Shown here: positions 19,656 to 28,870 of the stretch, one piece after another | Numbering within the stretch: the stretch's first letter is position 1 | Layout: each line of letters opens with the position of its first letter | Source: Chloroflexota bacterium | GTDB lineage: Bacteria; Chloroflexota; UBA11872; VXOZ01 | Assembly: GCA_963663275.1 (NCBI GenBank) | Contig: OY760183.1 | Span: 2,176,001 to 2,240,000, forward strand | Length of the DNA: 64,000 nt | Direction: 5' to 3' | Translations under genes and position numbers: made by a program | Notes under the pieces: generated by a model | What the model was told of the DNA's origin: nothing | The model's database searches: none | Seen by the model: only the letters and a program-made list of their open reading frames with translations

Positions 19656-20696
19656 ATGCGCACACGTTCCTGGCACGACGCGCTGGCGCGCTTTACCGCC
19701 CAGCGCATCCTCGTCATCGGCGACATGGTGGCCGACGAGCACATCTTCACCCGCGCCAGCGGCATGTCGCGTGAAGCGCCGCTGCCGGTCTTGCACTATG
19801 TTGACCGCAAACTGGTGCCCGGCGGCGCCACCAACGTCGCCCGCAACGCCCGGGCGCTCGGCGCGGAGGTCTGGGTCACGGGCGTTATCGGGGACGACGG
19901 CATCGGCCATGACCTGCGCCGCATGCTTGAAGACGACGGCGTTCACTGTGATGACCTCCTTGCCGCCAACGACCGCGCGACCTCGACCAAGACCCGCATC
20001 TGGGCCGGCGGCGACCAGCAGCCCGTGCAGCAGCAGGTCTGCCGCTTGGATCGCGTCGAGCGCGTACCCGTTTCGCCGGAGCTCTGCCAGCAGGTCATAG
20101 CCGGGCTTACCCGCCGCATTCCCCAGGTAGACGCCGTCATCGTCGCCGACTACGAGATCAGCATGATCGACGATGCCGTCATTGAGACCGTCCTGCGCCG
20201 CGCCCGCGCCGAACACAAACCGGTCACGGTAGACTCCCACGGCAACCTGACGCGCTTTCCGGGGGCCGACACGTTCACGCCGAACCAGCCGGAAGTGGAG
20301 TTCACGCTGGGGCGCGCGTTGCAATCGCAAGAAGCGTTAGAATCGGCCGGCGCGGAGTTGCTCAAGCGGCTTGAAACCACGGCGCTGCTCATCACGCGCG
20401 GCAGCGAGGGCATGTCGCTCTTTTCCGCCGGCGCCGCGCCCTACCACATACCGGCGTTGGGCGACGACCGCGTGATCGACCCCACCGGAGCCGGCGATAC
20501 CGTTTCAGCCGTGCTCACGCTGGCGCTGCTCGCTGGTCTGCCGCCCCCCCGCGCTGCTATGATGGCAGCGGCAGCGGCGAGCATCGTCGTGCGCAAACTC
20601 GGCGCGGACGTTGCTACTCCCGCCGAGATCCTGGCCGTGTTGGCATCCACAGAAAGCCAAGAGCAAGAGCGTGACCGCACGGAAAGTCCTGACTGA
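19656..20696 (+). CDS. HldE/RfaE kinase domain (heptose-7-phosphate kinase-like, PfkB family)
   Basis: VIGDMVADE, SREAPLPV, PGGATNVA.N, TPNQPE, ITRGSEGM, DPTGAGDTV. Confidence 0.8.
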   Translation: MRTRSWHDALARFTAQRILVIGDMVADEHIFTRASGMSREAPLPVLHYVDRKLVPGGATNVARNARALGAEVWVTGVIGDDGIGHDLRRMLEDDGVHCDDLLAANDRATSTKTRIWAGGDQQPVQQQVCRLDRVERVPVSPELCQQVIAGLTRRIPQVDAVIVADYEISMIDDAVIETVLRRARAEHKPVTVDSHGNLTRFPGADTFTPNQPEVEFTLGRALQSQEALESAGAELLKRLETTALLITRGSEGMSLFSAGAAPYHIPALGDDRVIDPTGAGDTVSAVLTLALLAGLPPPRAAMMAAAAASIVVRKLGADVATPAEILAVLASTESQEQERDRTESPD

Positions 20697-21156
20697 AAAG
20701 GCGCTCCGCGACCGCTGCAGCGCCTCAAAACGGCGCGGCCAGACGATCGTCTTCACCAACGGCTGCTTCGACGTGCTGCATCCCGGACACGTCGTCTATC
20801 TCGAGGCGGCGCGGGCGCTGGGTGACGTGCTGATGGTCGCCGTGAACAGCGATCGCTCCGTGCGGTCTTTGAAAGGGCCGGCGCGGCCCATCACGCCGGC
20901 GTGGGACCGGGCGCGCGTGCTGGCGGCGCTGGCCTGCGTGGATTGCGTTACGGTGTTCGACGACAGCACGGCCAAGAGACTTCTGGGAACGGTGCAGCCG
21001 GACATCTACGTCAAAGGCGGCGACTACCTGGAATCCGAGCCGGTGGAAGCCGCCGTCGTCAGAGCCTATGGCGGCAGCGTACGCATTCTGCCGTTCACCC
21101 CCGGCTACAGCACGACGGCCCTGGTGCGGCGTATCGTTGCCGGCGAGCAATCCTAG
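20671..21156 (+). CDS. rfaE2: HldE/RfaE nucleotidyltransferase domain (heptose-1-phosphate adenylyltransferase-like)
   Basis: VFTNGCFDVLHPGH, NSDRSVRSLKGPARP, YVKGGDY, GYSTT. Confidence 0.85.
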   Translation: MTARKVLTEKALRDRCSASKRRGQTIVFTNGCFDVLHPGHVVYLEAARALGDVLMVAVNSDRSVRSLKGPARPITPAWDRARVLAALACVDCVTVFDDSTAKRLLGTVQPDIYVKGGDYLESEPVEAAVVRAYGGSVRILPFTPGYSTTALVRRIVAGEQS

Positions 21157-21198
21157 CGGCTCCATTTCCGTCATACCATTCAAGGAGGAGAACACACC

Positions 21199-21657
21199 GT
21201 GGCGCAACGCACCCTCATCATCGTCAAGCCCGACGGCGTGCAACGCGGACTGGTCGGCGAAATCCTGGGCCGCTGCGAACGGCGCGGCCTCAAGATTGTC
21301 GGCCTCAAGCTCATGGCGATCGACCGGGCTCTCGCCGAGACGCATTACGCTGTGCACAAAGACAAGCCGTTCTTCAGCGACTTGATCGAATTCATCACCG
21401 CCAGCCCGGTCGTCTGCTCCGTGGTGGAGGGGCCGGAAGCGATCGGCCTCGTCAGGATGCTGGTGGGCGCCACCAGGTTCACCGAGGCCGCGCCCGGCTC
21501 GATCCGGGGTGACTTCGCCCTGGACCTCACAATGAATCTCATCCACGCTTCCGACGCGCCTGAAACGGCGGAGAAAGAGGTCGAACTCTTCTTTCAGCCA
21601 GGTGAACTCGTAGACTACGCGCGGGAGGGCGATCGCTGGATAACGAGTGAGGAGTAA
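21199..21657 (+). CDS. ndk: Nucleoside diphosphate kinase
   Basis: RTLIIVKPDGVQRGLVGEI, HY..H.DKPFF, PGSIRGDF, NLIHASD. Confidence 0.96.
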   Translation: MAQRTLIIVKPDGVQRGLVGEILGRCERRGLKIVGLKLMAIDRALAETHYAVHKDKPFFSDLIEFITASPVVCSVVEGPEAIGLVRMLVGATRFTEAAPGSIRGDFALDLTMNLIHASDAPETAEKEVELFFQPGELVDYAREGDRWITSEE

Positions 21658-21661
21658 GACC

Positions 21662-23074
21662 ATGAAAGATCAGCGACCGAACATCATACTCTACACCACC
21701 GACCAGCATCGGGGCGGCCATCTCGGCATCGCCGGACACCCGGTGATCGAAACGCCCAACGTGGACGCATTCGTCGAGCACGGGGCCTACTTCCCCAACG
21801 CCTACACGGAGATTCCCTCCACCACCGGCGCGCGGCGCTGCCTCCACGGCGGCCAGCGCAGCTATGACTGCGGCCTGGTCGGCTATTCGGCCGCCGAGTG
21901 GCACGAGCCGAACACGCTGGCGGCGGTGCTTGCCGACGCCGGGTATCACTGCATCAACGTGGGCTGGCGCAACATGCACCCGCGCCGCAAGCTCTACGGC
22001 TTTCACACCGTAATCCCCCACGATCTGCGCCAGGGAGATGACGATTACTGGGAATGGCTGTGCGAGGAGCTTGGCCCCTTTGCCCACGAGCGCATCGCCG
22101 GCTCCGACGCCAACGGCTGGCTGGGACGGCCCTGGGCCTACGAGGAGCGCTACCACGCCACCAATTGGACGGTGGATGTCACCATAGAACAGATCAAGAA
22201 GCGCGATCCCACCCGTCCCGTCTTCGTTTGGTGTTCGCACCTCCGGCCGCACTCGCCCTACGACCCGCCGCAGTTCTTCTGGGACATGTACATCAATCGG
22301 CAATTGCCGGAGGTTCCCGTGGGTGATTGGGCCGAGCGGTACAACGTGCCCCAGCCCAGCCTGCCCCGCCAAGCGTGGCACGGTCGTCTGACCGACGAAC
22401 AACTGCAGCGCATGCGCGCGGCCTACATGGGCTGCATCAGCCATATAGACTATCAACTCGGCTATCTGTTGGAATTGGTCCAAGGAGAACTGGATCGCAA
22501 TTTGATGATGGTCTTCACGGCTGACCACGGCGACATGATGGGCGACCACAACCTGCTGCGCAAGACGTATGCCTACGAGGGTTCGGCGCGCATTCCGTTC
22601 GTTGTCAAGTATCCGCGCAGCCTCGATGCGCCGTCGGGCACGTTCGACCATCCGGTCGGTTTGCAGGACGTGATGCCGACGATTCTCGAGGCGACCGGCA
22701 CGCCCATTCCCGACTCCGTCACCGGCACGAGCGTCCTGAAGGCGGCGCGCGGCGAACCGTGGCGCGAATACGTTCACGGCGAGCACTCGCCCTGCTACAG
22801 CGCCGATAACGCGGTGCAGTACCTCACCGACGGCAAGGAAAAGTACCTCTGGTATCCGGTGCGCGGCGAGGAGCAGTTCTTCGATTTGGCGCACGACCGC
22901 CAGGAACTTTACGATAGATCCGGCGATCCGGCTTATGCCGACCGCGTAGCCCTGTGGCGCAACCGCCTGATCGCCCTACTGGGTGAACGCGGCGACGGCT
23001 TCTCCGACGGCGAAACGCTGCTCGTGCGTCCCGAGGGTTACGGCCCGCAGGCAGTGCGGCCTGAGGCGGTCTGA
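21662..23074 (+). CDS. Sulfatase-fold hydrolase with atypical active-site motif
   Basis: PNIILYTTDQHR, TPNVD, RPHSPYDPP, FTADHGDMMGDH..RK; signature reads PSTTGAR rather than PxCxPxR. Confidence 0.85.
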   Translation: MKDQRPNIILYTTDQHRGGHLGIAGHPVIETPNVDAFVEHGAYFPNAYTEIPSTTGARRCLHGGQRSYDCGLVGYSAAEWHEPNTLAAVLADAGYHCINVGWRNMHPRRKLYGFHTVIPHDLRQGDDDYWEWLCEELGPFAHERIAGSDANGWLGRPWAYEERYHATNWTVDVTIEQIKKRDPTRPVFVWCSHLRPHSPYDPPQFFWDMYINRQLPEVPVGDWAERYNVPQPSLPRQAWHGRLTDEQLQRMRAAYMGCISHIDYQLGYLLELVQGELDRNLMMVFTADHGDMMGDHNLLRKTYAYEGSARIPFVVKYPRSLDAPSGTFDHPVGLQDVMPTILEATGTPIPDSVTGTSVLKAARGEPWREYVHGEHSPCYSADNAVQYLTDGKEKYLWYPVRGEEQFFDLAHDRQELYDRSGDPAYADRVALWRNRLIALLGERGDGFSDGETLLVRPEGYGPQAVRPEAV

Positions 23075-23233
23075 GCGCAGTATCCAAAAGACCGATTGTG
23101 GAAACCAAACTGCCAGGTGAAAAACTTCCTCTCCCTGGGGAGAACCGGTAGGCGAGAAGACTCCCTTTCTCTGGGAAGCGGGCCGGGCTTTGGGTGGCAC
23201 TTTTCCGCATTAGAACTCCCTCTCCCTGGGGAG

Positions 23234-24499
23234 TGTACAGTCCGGGGACATGGGTAACAGTTATTCAGGGAGATAGGTTACACATTTTGTTCACTGAGGT
23301 CTACCGTTCTTATCGGATTGACAGCGAAGTATACGTTCCAGACGCCGTCGGTTTGCGTGGGTCGCAGGGCGACGCGGGTGTGGGCGAAAGCTCGCCCCAC
23401 GCGGAGGGTCTTGCCCTGGAACGAGATGCGGCCGCTGACGTCGACGGCGCGCACCTGGTCGTCGGGAGCGTAGGTGATGGGGGGCAGCGTTTCGGGAAAG
23501 GGCTGTGGACTGGGCGTGTACCGGCTGACGGGCGTGTTGAGCGTGAGGGCGTGGTGCGGGCGTTCCCGGTTGTAGAAGTGCCGCCAAGCGTCGAAGGCGC
23601 GCTGGCAGTGCTCCAGGTTGGTGAAGGTGCGACCGGCCAGGACTTCGCTTTTCAGGGAGCGGTGGAAGCGTTCCAGCTTGCCGAGGGTCTGGGGATGGTA
23701 GGGACGGCTGTGAAGCACCTTGATGCCCAGGCGCATGAGCCAGACGGTGAGCGGCGTGAAGGGATGGGCGCTGTCGTTGCCCCAGGGGGCGCCGTTGTCC
23801 ATGAGCATGGCCGCAGGCAGGCCGTAGCGCCGAAAGACGCGGGTGAGGCGCTCCTGGACGGTCTGACCCCGCTCGTCGGCGCAGGCCTCCACAGCCAGGT
23901 TGTAGCGGGAATGGTCGTCGAGCACGGTGAGCGGATGGCAGCGGTCGCGAGACATGGCGAAATGCCCCTTGAAGTCCATCTGCCAGAGTTCGTTGGGCAG
24001 CGGGCGCTCAAAGCGAATGAAGGGCATGCGCTTGGCGCTCTCGGCCGGGTCGATCAACCCGTGGCGCTTGAGAATGGCGTTGATGGTGCTCCTGGCGGGC
24101 ACGTCGGCGTAGCCGCGGTTCCGCAGCATCCGGCCCAGCGCGTCCGCGCCCTTCCCCGGATGTGCCAGGCGCAAGGCGATGATGTGCCGCTCCATCTCTG
24201 GACGCGTGCGCTGTGGGCTGGTGTGCGGACGCCGCGACCGGTCCCCCAGGTTCTCCATCCCGCCCTGCCTGTAGCGCGTGCGCCACTTGTAGCCGGTCTT
24301 GCGGCTGATGCCCATACGCTTGCACAGTGCGCTCATGCTCACCTCACCCGTCAGCATCACGGCTATAAACTCTTCCCGCTCAGACATAGGTGTACTCACT
24401 TTCCACGACATGGTCGTCCTCCTCTAGTGACGAATTCCCATGCCTTATGGTGTAACCTATGTCCCTGAAAATGTGTTACCTATGTCCCCGGGCTCTACA
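23234..24499 (-). mobile_element. Complete IS481-family insertion sequence
   Basis: TGT...ACA ends, about 50-bp imperfect IRs (tgtacagtccggggacatgggtaaca / tgtagagcccggggacataggtaaca), 5-bp flanking duplication GGGAG. Confidence 0.92.
23278..24411 (-). CDS. IS481-family DDE transposase
   Basis: N-terminal HTH (GISRKTGYKW), LWQMDFKG, DDHSRY, DNGAPW, HPQTLGKLERFHRSLK. Confidence 0.95.
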   Translation of the reverse strand: MSWKVSTPMSEREEFIAVMLTGEVSMSALCKRMGISRKTGYKWRTRYRQGGMENLGDRSRRPHTSPQRTRPEMERHIIALRLAHPGKGADALGRMLRNRGYADVPARSTINAILKRHGLIDPAESAKRMPFIRFERPLPNELWQMDFKGHFAMSRDRCHPLTVLDDHSRYNLAVEACADERGQTVQERLTRVFRRYGLPAAMLMDNGAPWGNDSAHPFTPLTVWLMRLGIKVLHSRPYHPQTLGKLERFHRSLKSEVLAGRTFTNLEHCQRAFDAWRHFYNRERPHHALTLNTPVSRYTPSPQPFPETLPPITYAPDDQVRAVDVSGRISFQGKTLRVGRAFAHTRVALRPTQTDGVWNVYFAVNPIRTVDLSEQNV

Positions 24500-24607
24500 G
24501 GGAGAGGGCCGGGGTGAGGGGAGAATGAACGCCGATTCAGCCCCTTGCCGCAAGACTTGGGCTATGATTCGCTGCAAATCCCCCCTCACCCTAACCCTCT
24601 CCCCCAG

Positions 24608-24747
24608 GAGACCTTTGCATAACTCTGTCATTCCGGCGAAAGCCGGAATCCAGACCGCATTTACAACTAAAAATAGCCTGTTTTCAATCCTTTGCACCCC
24701 CATCCCAACCTTCCCCCTCGATGGGGAAGGGGTTATGCAAAGGTCTC
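24608..24747. mobile_element. 140-bp MITE with IS5-like terminal inverted repeats
   Basis: GAGACCTTTGCATAAC ... GTTATGCAAAGGTCTC perfect 16-bp IR; CCCAG on both flanks (24603-24607, 24748-24752). Confidence 0.78.
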
Positions 24748-24919
24748 CCCAGGGAGAGGGAACAAATCGCCTTTTAGCGAGGTTTCACCAAGGTCTTCCC
24801 CCTGGGAGGCGGCCGGCCTGGCAGTGAAGACACAGCAAGACCGCGCTATACTGGGTGTGCGCAATGCAACCGGACGCGAGCGCAACCGCATTCGGGCCGA
24901 TACACGGAGGTTCCGCCAG

Positions 24920-26695
24920 ATGGCCGCCACAGCCGCATTCGACCCCATCACCTTCGAAGTCGTGCGCCACGCGCTGACCGAGGCTACCGAGGAGATGGCG
25001 GTCGCCCTCCGCCGCAGCGCCTATTCGACCAACATCAAGACCCGCGCCGACTTCTCCTGCGCGTTCTTCGACCGCGATCTGAACGTGGTGGCGCAGGCGT
25101 TCTGCCAGGCGGTGCATCTTGGATCGCTGGTGCACCTGGCGCCGATTGCCGTGCGCGCCTACGGCCCGGAGAACCTCGGCCCGGGCGACGCCATTCTCTG
25201 CAACGACCCCTATCTCGGCGGCGTGCACCTCAACGACATCAGCCTCATTTCGCCGGTCTACTGCGACGGCGACCTCTTTGGCTACGTGGCGAACATGGCG
25301 CACCACGTGGACGTAGGCGGCGGCGCGCCGGCCAGTGTGGGCGCGTTCCGCGAGGTCTACCAGGAAGGCGTCATCATCCCGCCGGTAAAGTTGGTGGCAG
25401 GCGGTGAGATCGTGGAGGACGTGTTCCGCCTCATCCTGGGGCAAATCCGCTCCAAACGCGAGACCGCCGGTGACTTTCGCGCCCAGATGGCCGCCAACGC
25501 CACCGGCGCGCGCCGCCTCGCCGAGCTTACGCGGCAGACCGGCATCGAAACCGTCAATCGCTACATCGAGGAATTGACGGCCTATGCCGAGCGGCGCACC
25601 CGCGCCGAAATCGCCAAACTGCCGCAAGGCGAATTCACCGCCGAGGGCTACGTGGACACCGACGGCTATACCGACCAGCCGGTGCGCCTGGCCGCCAGAA
25701 TTCGCATCGACGATGACGGCGTGCTCTTCGACCTCGACGGCTGCGACCCGCAGCGGCGCGCGCCGGTGAACTCCACCTTTGCCCAGACGTATTCCGCCTG
25801 CGCCTACAATCTGAAGTGCCTTATCGATCCCGACATTCCGCCGAACCAGGGTTTCTATCGCTTCGTGCGCATTGACGCGCCGGAGGGCACGGTGGTCAAC
25901 TGCCGGCCGCCCGCGCCGGTGGTGGGCGGCTGGGAAACCCACGCGCGCCTTAACGACGTTATCTTCAAGGCGCTGGCGTCTGCGCTGCCGGAGCGCGTGC
26001 CCGCGGGCGGCAAGGCGATGCAGTGCCATGCCGGGTTCGGCGGCATCGACCCGCGCAACGGCGAGTACTACTGCTTCCTGGAGACCCTGGCCGGCGGCTA
26101 CGGCGGACGCGCCCGCAGCGACGGCCCGGACGCGGTGCAAACTCACGGCCAGAACACCGAGAACGCGCCCATTGAAGAGACGGAACGCTACTATCCGGTG
26201 CGCATCCTGCGCTACGAGTTGGTGGACGACTCGGAAGGGCCGGGCACGTACCGCGGCGGACTGGGCCTGCGCCGCGATTACGTCTTTCCCGATCACGAGG
26301 TCACCTTCACCGTGCTCGCCGACAGAGATAAGGAGGGCCCGTGGGGCCTCTTTGGCGGTGAAGCCGGCCGTCCGGCCTTCTACCTGCATACGCGCGACGG
26401 CGAGACGGAATACTTGAGTTCCAAGACAACGCTGGACGTGCTTCCCGGGGAGGTGATTCGCTACGAGACCTGCGGCGGCGGAGGCTTCGGCCCGCCTGAG
26501 TTGCGCGATCCGCAACTGGTGCTGCGCGACGCGCGCCAAGGCAAAGTCAGCGTGGAGCGCGCGCGTACGGTCTATGGCGTGGCCGTGGACCCGGAGAAGT
26601 GGGAAGTAGACAGCGCCGCTACCCAGGCATTGCGAGAAACGACGCGCGCCAACGAAAGCGGTTCAGAAGGAAACGGAACGGGGAGCGGGCTGTGA
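24920..26695 (+). CDS. hyuB: Hydantoinase B / oxoprolinase family subunit
   Basis: DPITFEVV, RSAYSTNIK..ADFSCA, NDPYLGGVHLND, HHVDVGG, ETCGGGGFGPP. Confidence 0.9.
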   Translation: MAATAAFDPITFEVVRHALTEATEEMAVALRRSAYSTNIKTRADFSCAFFDRDLNVVAQAFCQAVHLGSLVHLAPIAVRAYGPENLGPGDAILCNDPYLGGVHLNDISLISPVYCDGDLFGYVANMAHHVDVGGGAPASVGAFREVYQEGVIIPPVKLVAGGEIVEDVFRLILGQIRSKRETAGDFRAQMAANATGARRLAELTRQTGIETVNRYIEELTAYAERRTRAEIAKLPQGEFTAEGYVDTDGYTDQPVRLAARIRIDDDGVLFDLDGCDPQRRAPVNSTFAQTYSACAYNLKCLIDPDIPPNQGFYRFVRIDAPEGTVVNCRPPAPVVGGWETHARLNDVIFKALASALPERVPAGGKAMQCHAGFGGIDPRNGEYYCFLETLAGGYGGRARSDGPDAVQTHGQNTENAPIEETERYYPVRILRYELVDDSEGPGTYRGGLGLRRDYVFPDHEVTFTVLADRDKEGPWGLFGGEAGRPAFYLHTRDGETEYLSSKTTLDVLPGEVIRYETCGGGGFGPPELRDPQLVLRDARQGKVSVERARTVYGVAVDPEKWEVDSAATQALRETTRANESGSEGNGTGSGL

Positions 26696-28812
26696 GTGAG
26701 GCGAGATTCCGGCTCGGCGTAGACATTGGCGGCACCTTCACCGACGCCACGTTGGTGGACGAAAGCAGCGGCAGCCTCTGGAACGCCAAAGTCTCTTCCA
26801 CGCCGGACGACCCGGCGCGGGGCTTTCTCACCGTCACGCGCCAAATCCTCGACCACGCCGATCTCGCCCCGGAGGCATTGCGCTACGTGGTTCACGCCAC
26901 CACCGTGGCCACGAACGCCATCATCGAAGGCAAAGTCGCGCCCACCGCGCTCATCACCACCGAGGGCTTTCGCGACATCCTGGAAATCGCCCGGCAGATT
27001 CGTCCCTCGCTCTACGACACCCAATTCGAGAAACCAAAGCCCCTCGTGCCGCGCGACCGCTGCTTTGGCGTGCGCGAACGGCTGGACGCCGCCGGCGCGG
27101 TCTTGACCCCATTGGACGAAGCCGCCCTGCCGCGCATCGCGTCCATCATCCAGGAGGCGGGCATTGAGTCCGTTGCCGTCTGCTTCTTGCACTCGTACCT
27201 GAATCCGGAGCACGAGCAAGCGGCAGGAGCGATTTTGCGGGCGCACGCGCCGGATGTCGCCATTTCGCTCTCCTCGGACGTAGCGCCGGAGATTCGCGAG
27301 TATTTTCGCGCCAGCACCACCGTCATCAACGCCGCGCTTCGCCCCATCGTCTCGCGCTATCTCGAAAACATTGAGAGTCGTCTGCGCGCGCAAGGCATTG
27401 CTTCGGAACTCCTGGTGATGCAGAGCAGCGGCGGCCTCATGACGTTCGGCGACGCGCGCCGCCGGCCCGTTTTCATGGTGGAATCCGGCCCGGCCGCGGG
27501 CGTGATCACGGCGGCGCACCTGGGCGAAGCGTTGGGCCACGAAAACGTCATCTCCTTCGACATGGGCGGCACCACCGCCAAAGTCGGCCTGGTGCAGGAT
27601 GGCGCGCCGCGCATCACGAAAGACTATGAGGTCGGCTCCGTGGCCCAGCCCGGCAGCGGCGGCTTTCGCGCCGGCGGCTATCCTATCCGCACACCGGTGA
27701 TCGATCTGGTGGAGATCGGCGCCGGCGGCGGTTCCATCGCCTGGATCGACCCCGGCGGAATCTTGCGGGTCGGACCCCAGAGCGCCGGGGCCGACCCCGG
27801 CCCGGCCTGCTACGGCCAAGGCGGCACAGAACCGACGGTCACCGACGCCAACCTGGTGCTTGGCCGCCTCAATCCCGGCTACCTGCTCGGTGGAGATCTG
27901 AAGCTGGACAGCGCCTTGGCGCACCAGGCAATCGAGGAGCGTATTGCCAAGCCGCTGGGATTGGACGTGGTGCGCGCCGCCCACAGCATCGTCGAGATTG
28001 CCAACGTGGCCATGATTAACGCGCTGCGTCTCGTCTCGGTGCAGCGCGGCCACGACCCCCGCGACTTTGCGCTCACCGCCTTTGGCGGGGCCGGGCCGCT
28101 GCACGCCAACCGCCTGGCGCACGAGATGAACATCCCCGTTACCGTCATTCCCACCAGCCCGGGCACGGCCTCGGCGCTGGGCCTCCTTGTCACCGACATT
28201 ACCTACGACTACGCCACCACGCTGATCGAGCGAGTCGACCGCTTAGCGCCGGGAGAAGTGGCGGACGTGTTCGCGGACCTGCGGCGGCAGGGCGCGGCGG
28301 CGCTCGGCTCGGCAGGCGTCGCGCCGGACGACATGGCGTTCGCGCAGCACGTTGACGTGCGCTACGTTGGGCAGAGTTACGAACTCTCGCTGCCGTGTGC
28401 GGATGGCGCGGCCGGCGGTCTGGTCGTGGACGACCTTCTGGATCAATTTCATAGGGAACACCACCGGGTCTACGGCCACAGCGTGCCCGGCGAACCGGTG
28501 GAGACGGTGAACCTCCGGCTTACGGCTCTGGGCACGATCGTCAAGCCGCCGCTGCTTGAAAAAGACGCCGGGAAGCGCGATGCGCACGCGGCGCAACAGA
28601 GCACTCGTCCGGTCTTCTTTGGCGAAACGGACACGTTCGTGGATTGCCCCGTCTATGATCGATACCTGCTCGGGGCGGGCGCAAGCGTGGCGGGGCCCGC
28701 GATTGTGGAAGAATACGATTCCACGACCGTAATTCACCCCGGCTACTACGCAGCGGTGGACCATTACGGTACACTATTGATAACTCGCGCCGGCGCAGAA
28801 GAGCCGGCGTAG
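26692..28812 (+). CDS. hyuA: Hydantoinase A / oxoprolinase ATP-hydrolysing subunit
   Basis: GVDIGGTFTD, HATTVATNA, ESGPAAG, DMGGTT, GAGGGSIA, PTVTDANL, FGGAGPLHA. Confidence 0.9.
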   Translation: MSEARFRLGVDIGGTFTDATLVDESSGSLWNAKVSSTPDDPARGFLTVTRQILDHADLAPEALRYVVHATTVATNAIIEGKVAPTALITTEGFRDILEIARQIRPSLYDTQFEKPKPLVPRDRCFGVRERLDAAGAVLTPLDEAALPRIASIIQEAGIESVAVCFLHSYLNPEHEQAAGAILRAHAPDVAISLSSDVAPEIREYFRASTTVINAALRPIVSRYLENIESRLRAQGIASELLVMQSSGGLMTFGDARRRPVFMVESGPAAGVITAAHLGEALGHENVISFDMGGTTAKVGLVQDGAPRITKDYEVGSVAQPGSGGFRAGGYPIRTPVIDLVEIGAGGGSIAWIDPGGILRVGPQSAGADPGPACYGQGGTEPTVTDANLVLGRLNPGYLLGGDLKLDSALAHQAIEERIAKPLGLDVVRAAHSIVEIANVAMINALRLVSVQRGHDPRDFALTAFGGAGPLHANRLAHEMNIPVTVIPTSPGTASALGLLVTDITYDYATTLIERVDRLAPGEVADVFADLRRQGAAALGSAGVAPDDMAFAQHVDVRYVGQSYELSLPCADGAAGGLVVDDLLDQFHREHHRVYGHSVPGEPVETVNLRLTALGTIVKPPLLEKDAGKRDAHAAQQSTRPVFFGETDTFVDCPVYDRYLLGAGASVAGPAIVEEYDSTTVIHPGYYAAVDHYGTLLITRAGAEEPA

Positions 28813-28870
28813 CAAGCAGACACGAGAGAGACCCGGCACGTATAGAATTCCGATGAAAGCGAGGAGCCAC

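Noticed and set aside
24785-28122. Long antisense ORFs (584 aa and 516 aa here; similar ones at 21539-22894, 40597-41958, 61406-63316)
   Set aside because: Shadow frames of well-supported high-GC genes, with no recognisable motifs.
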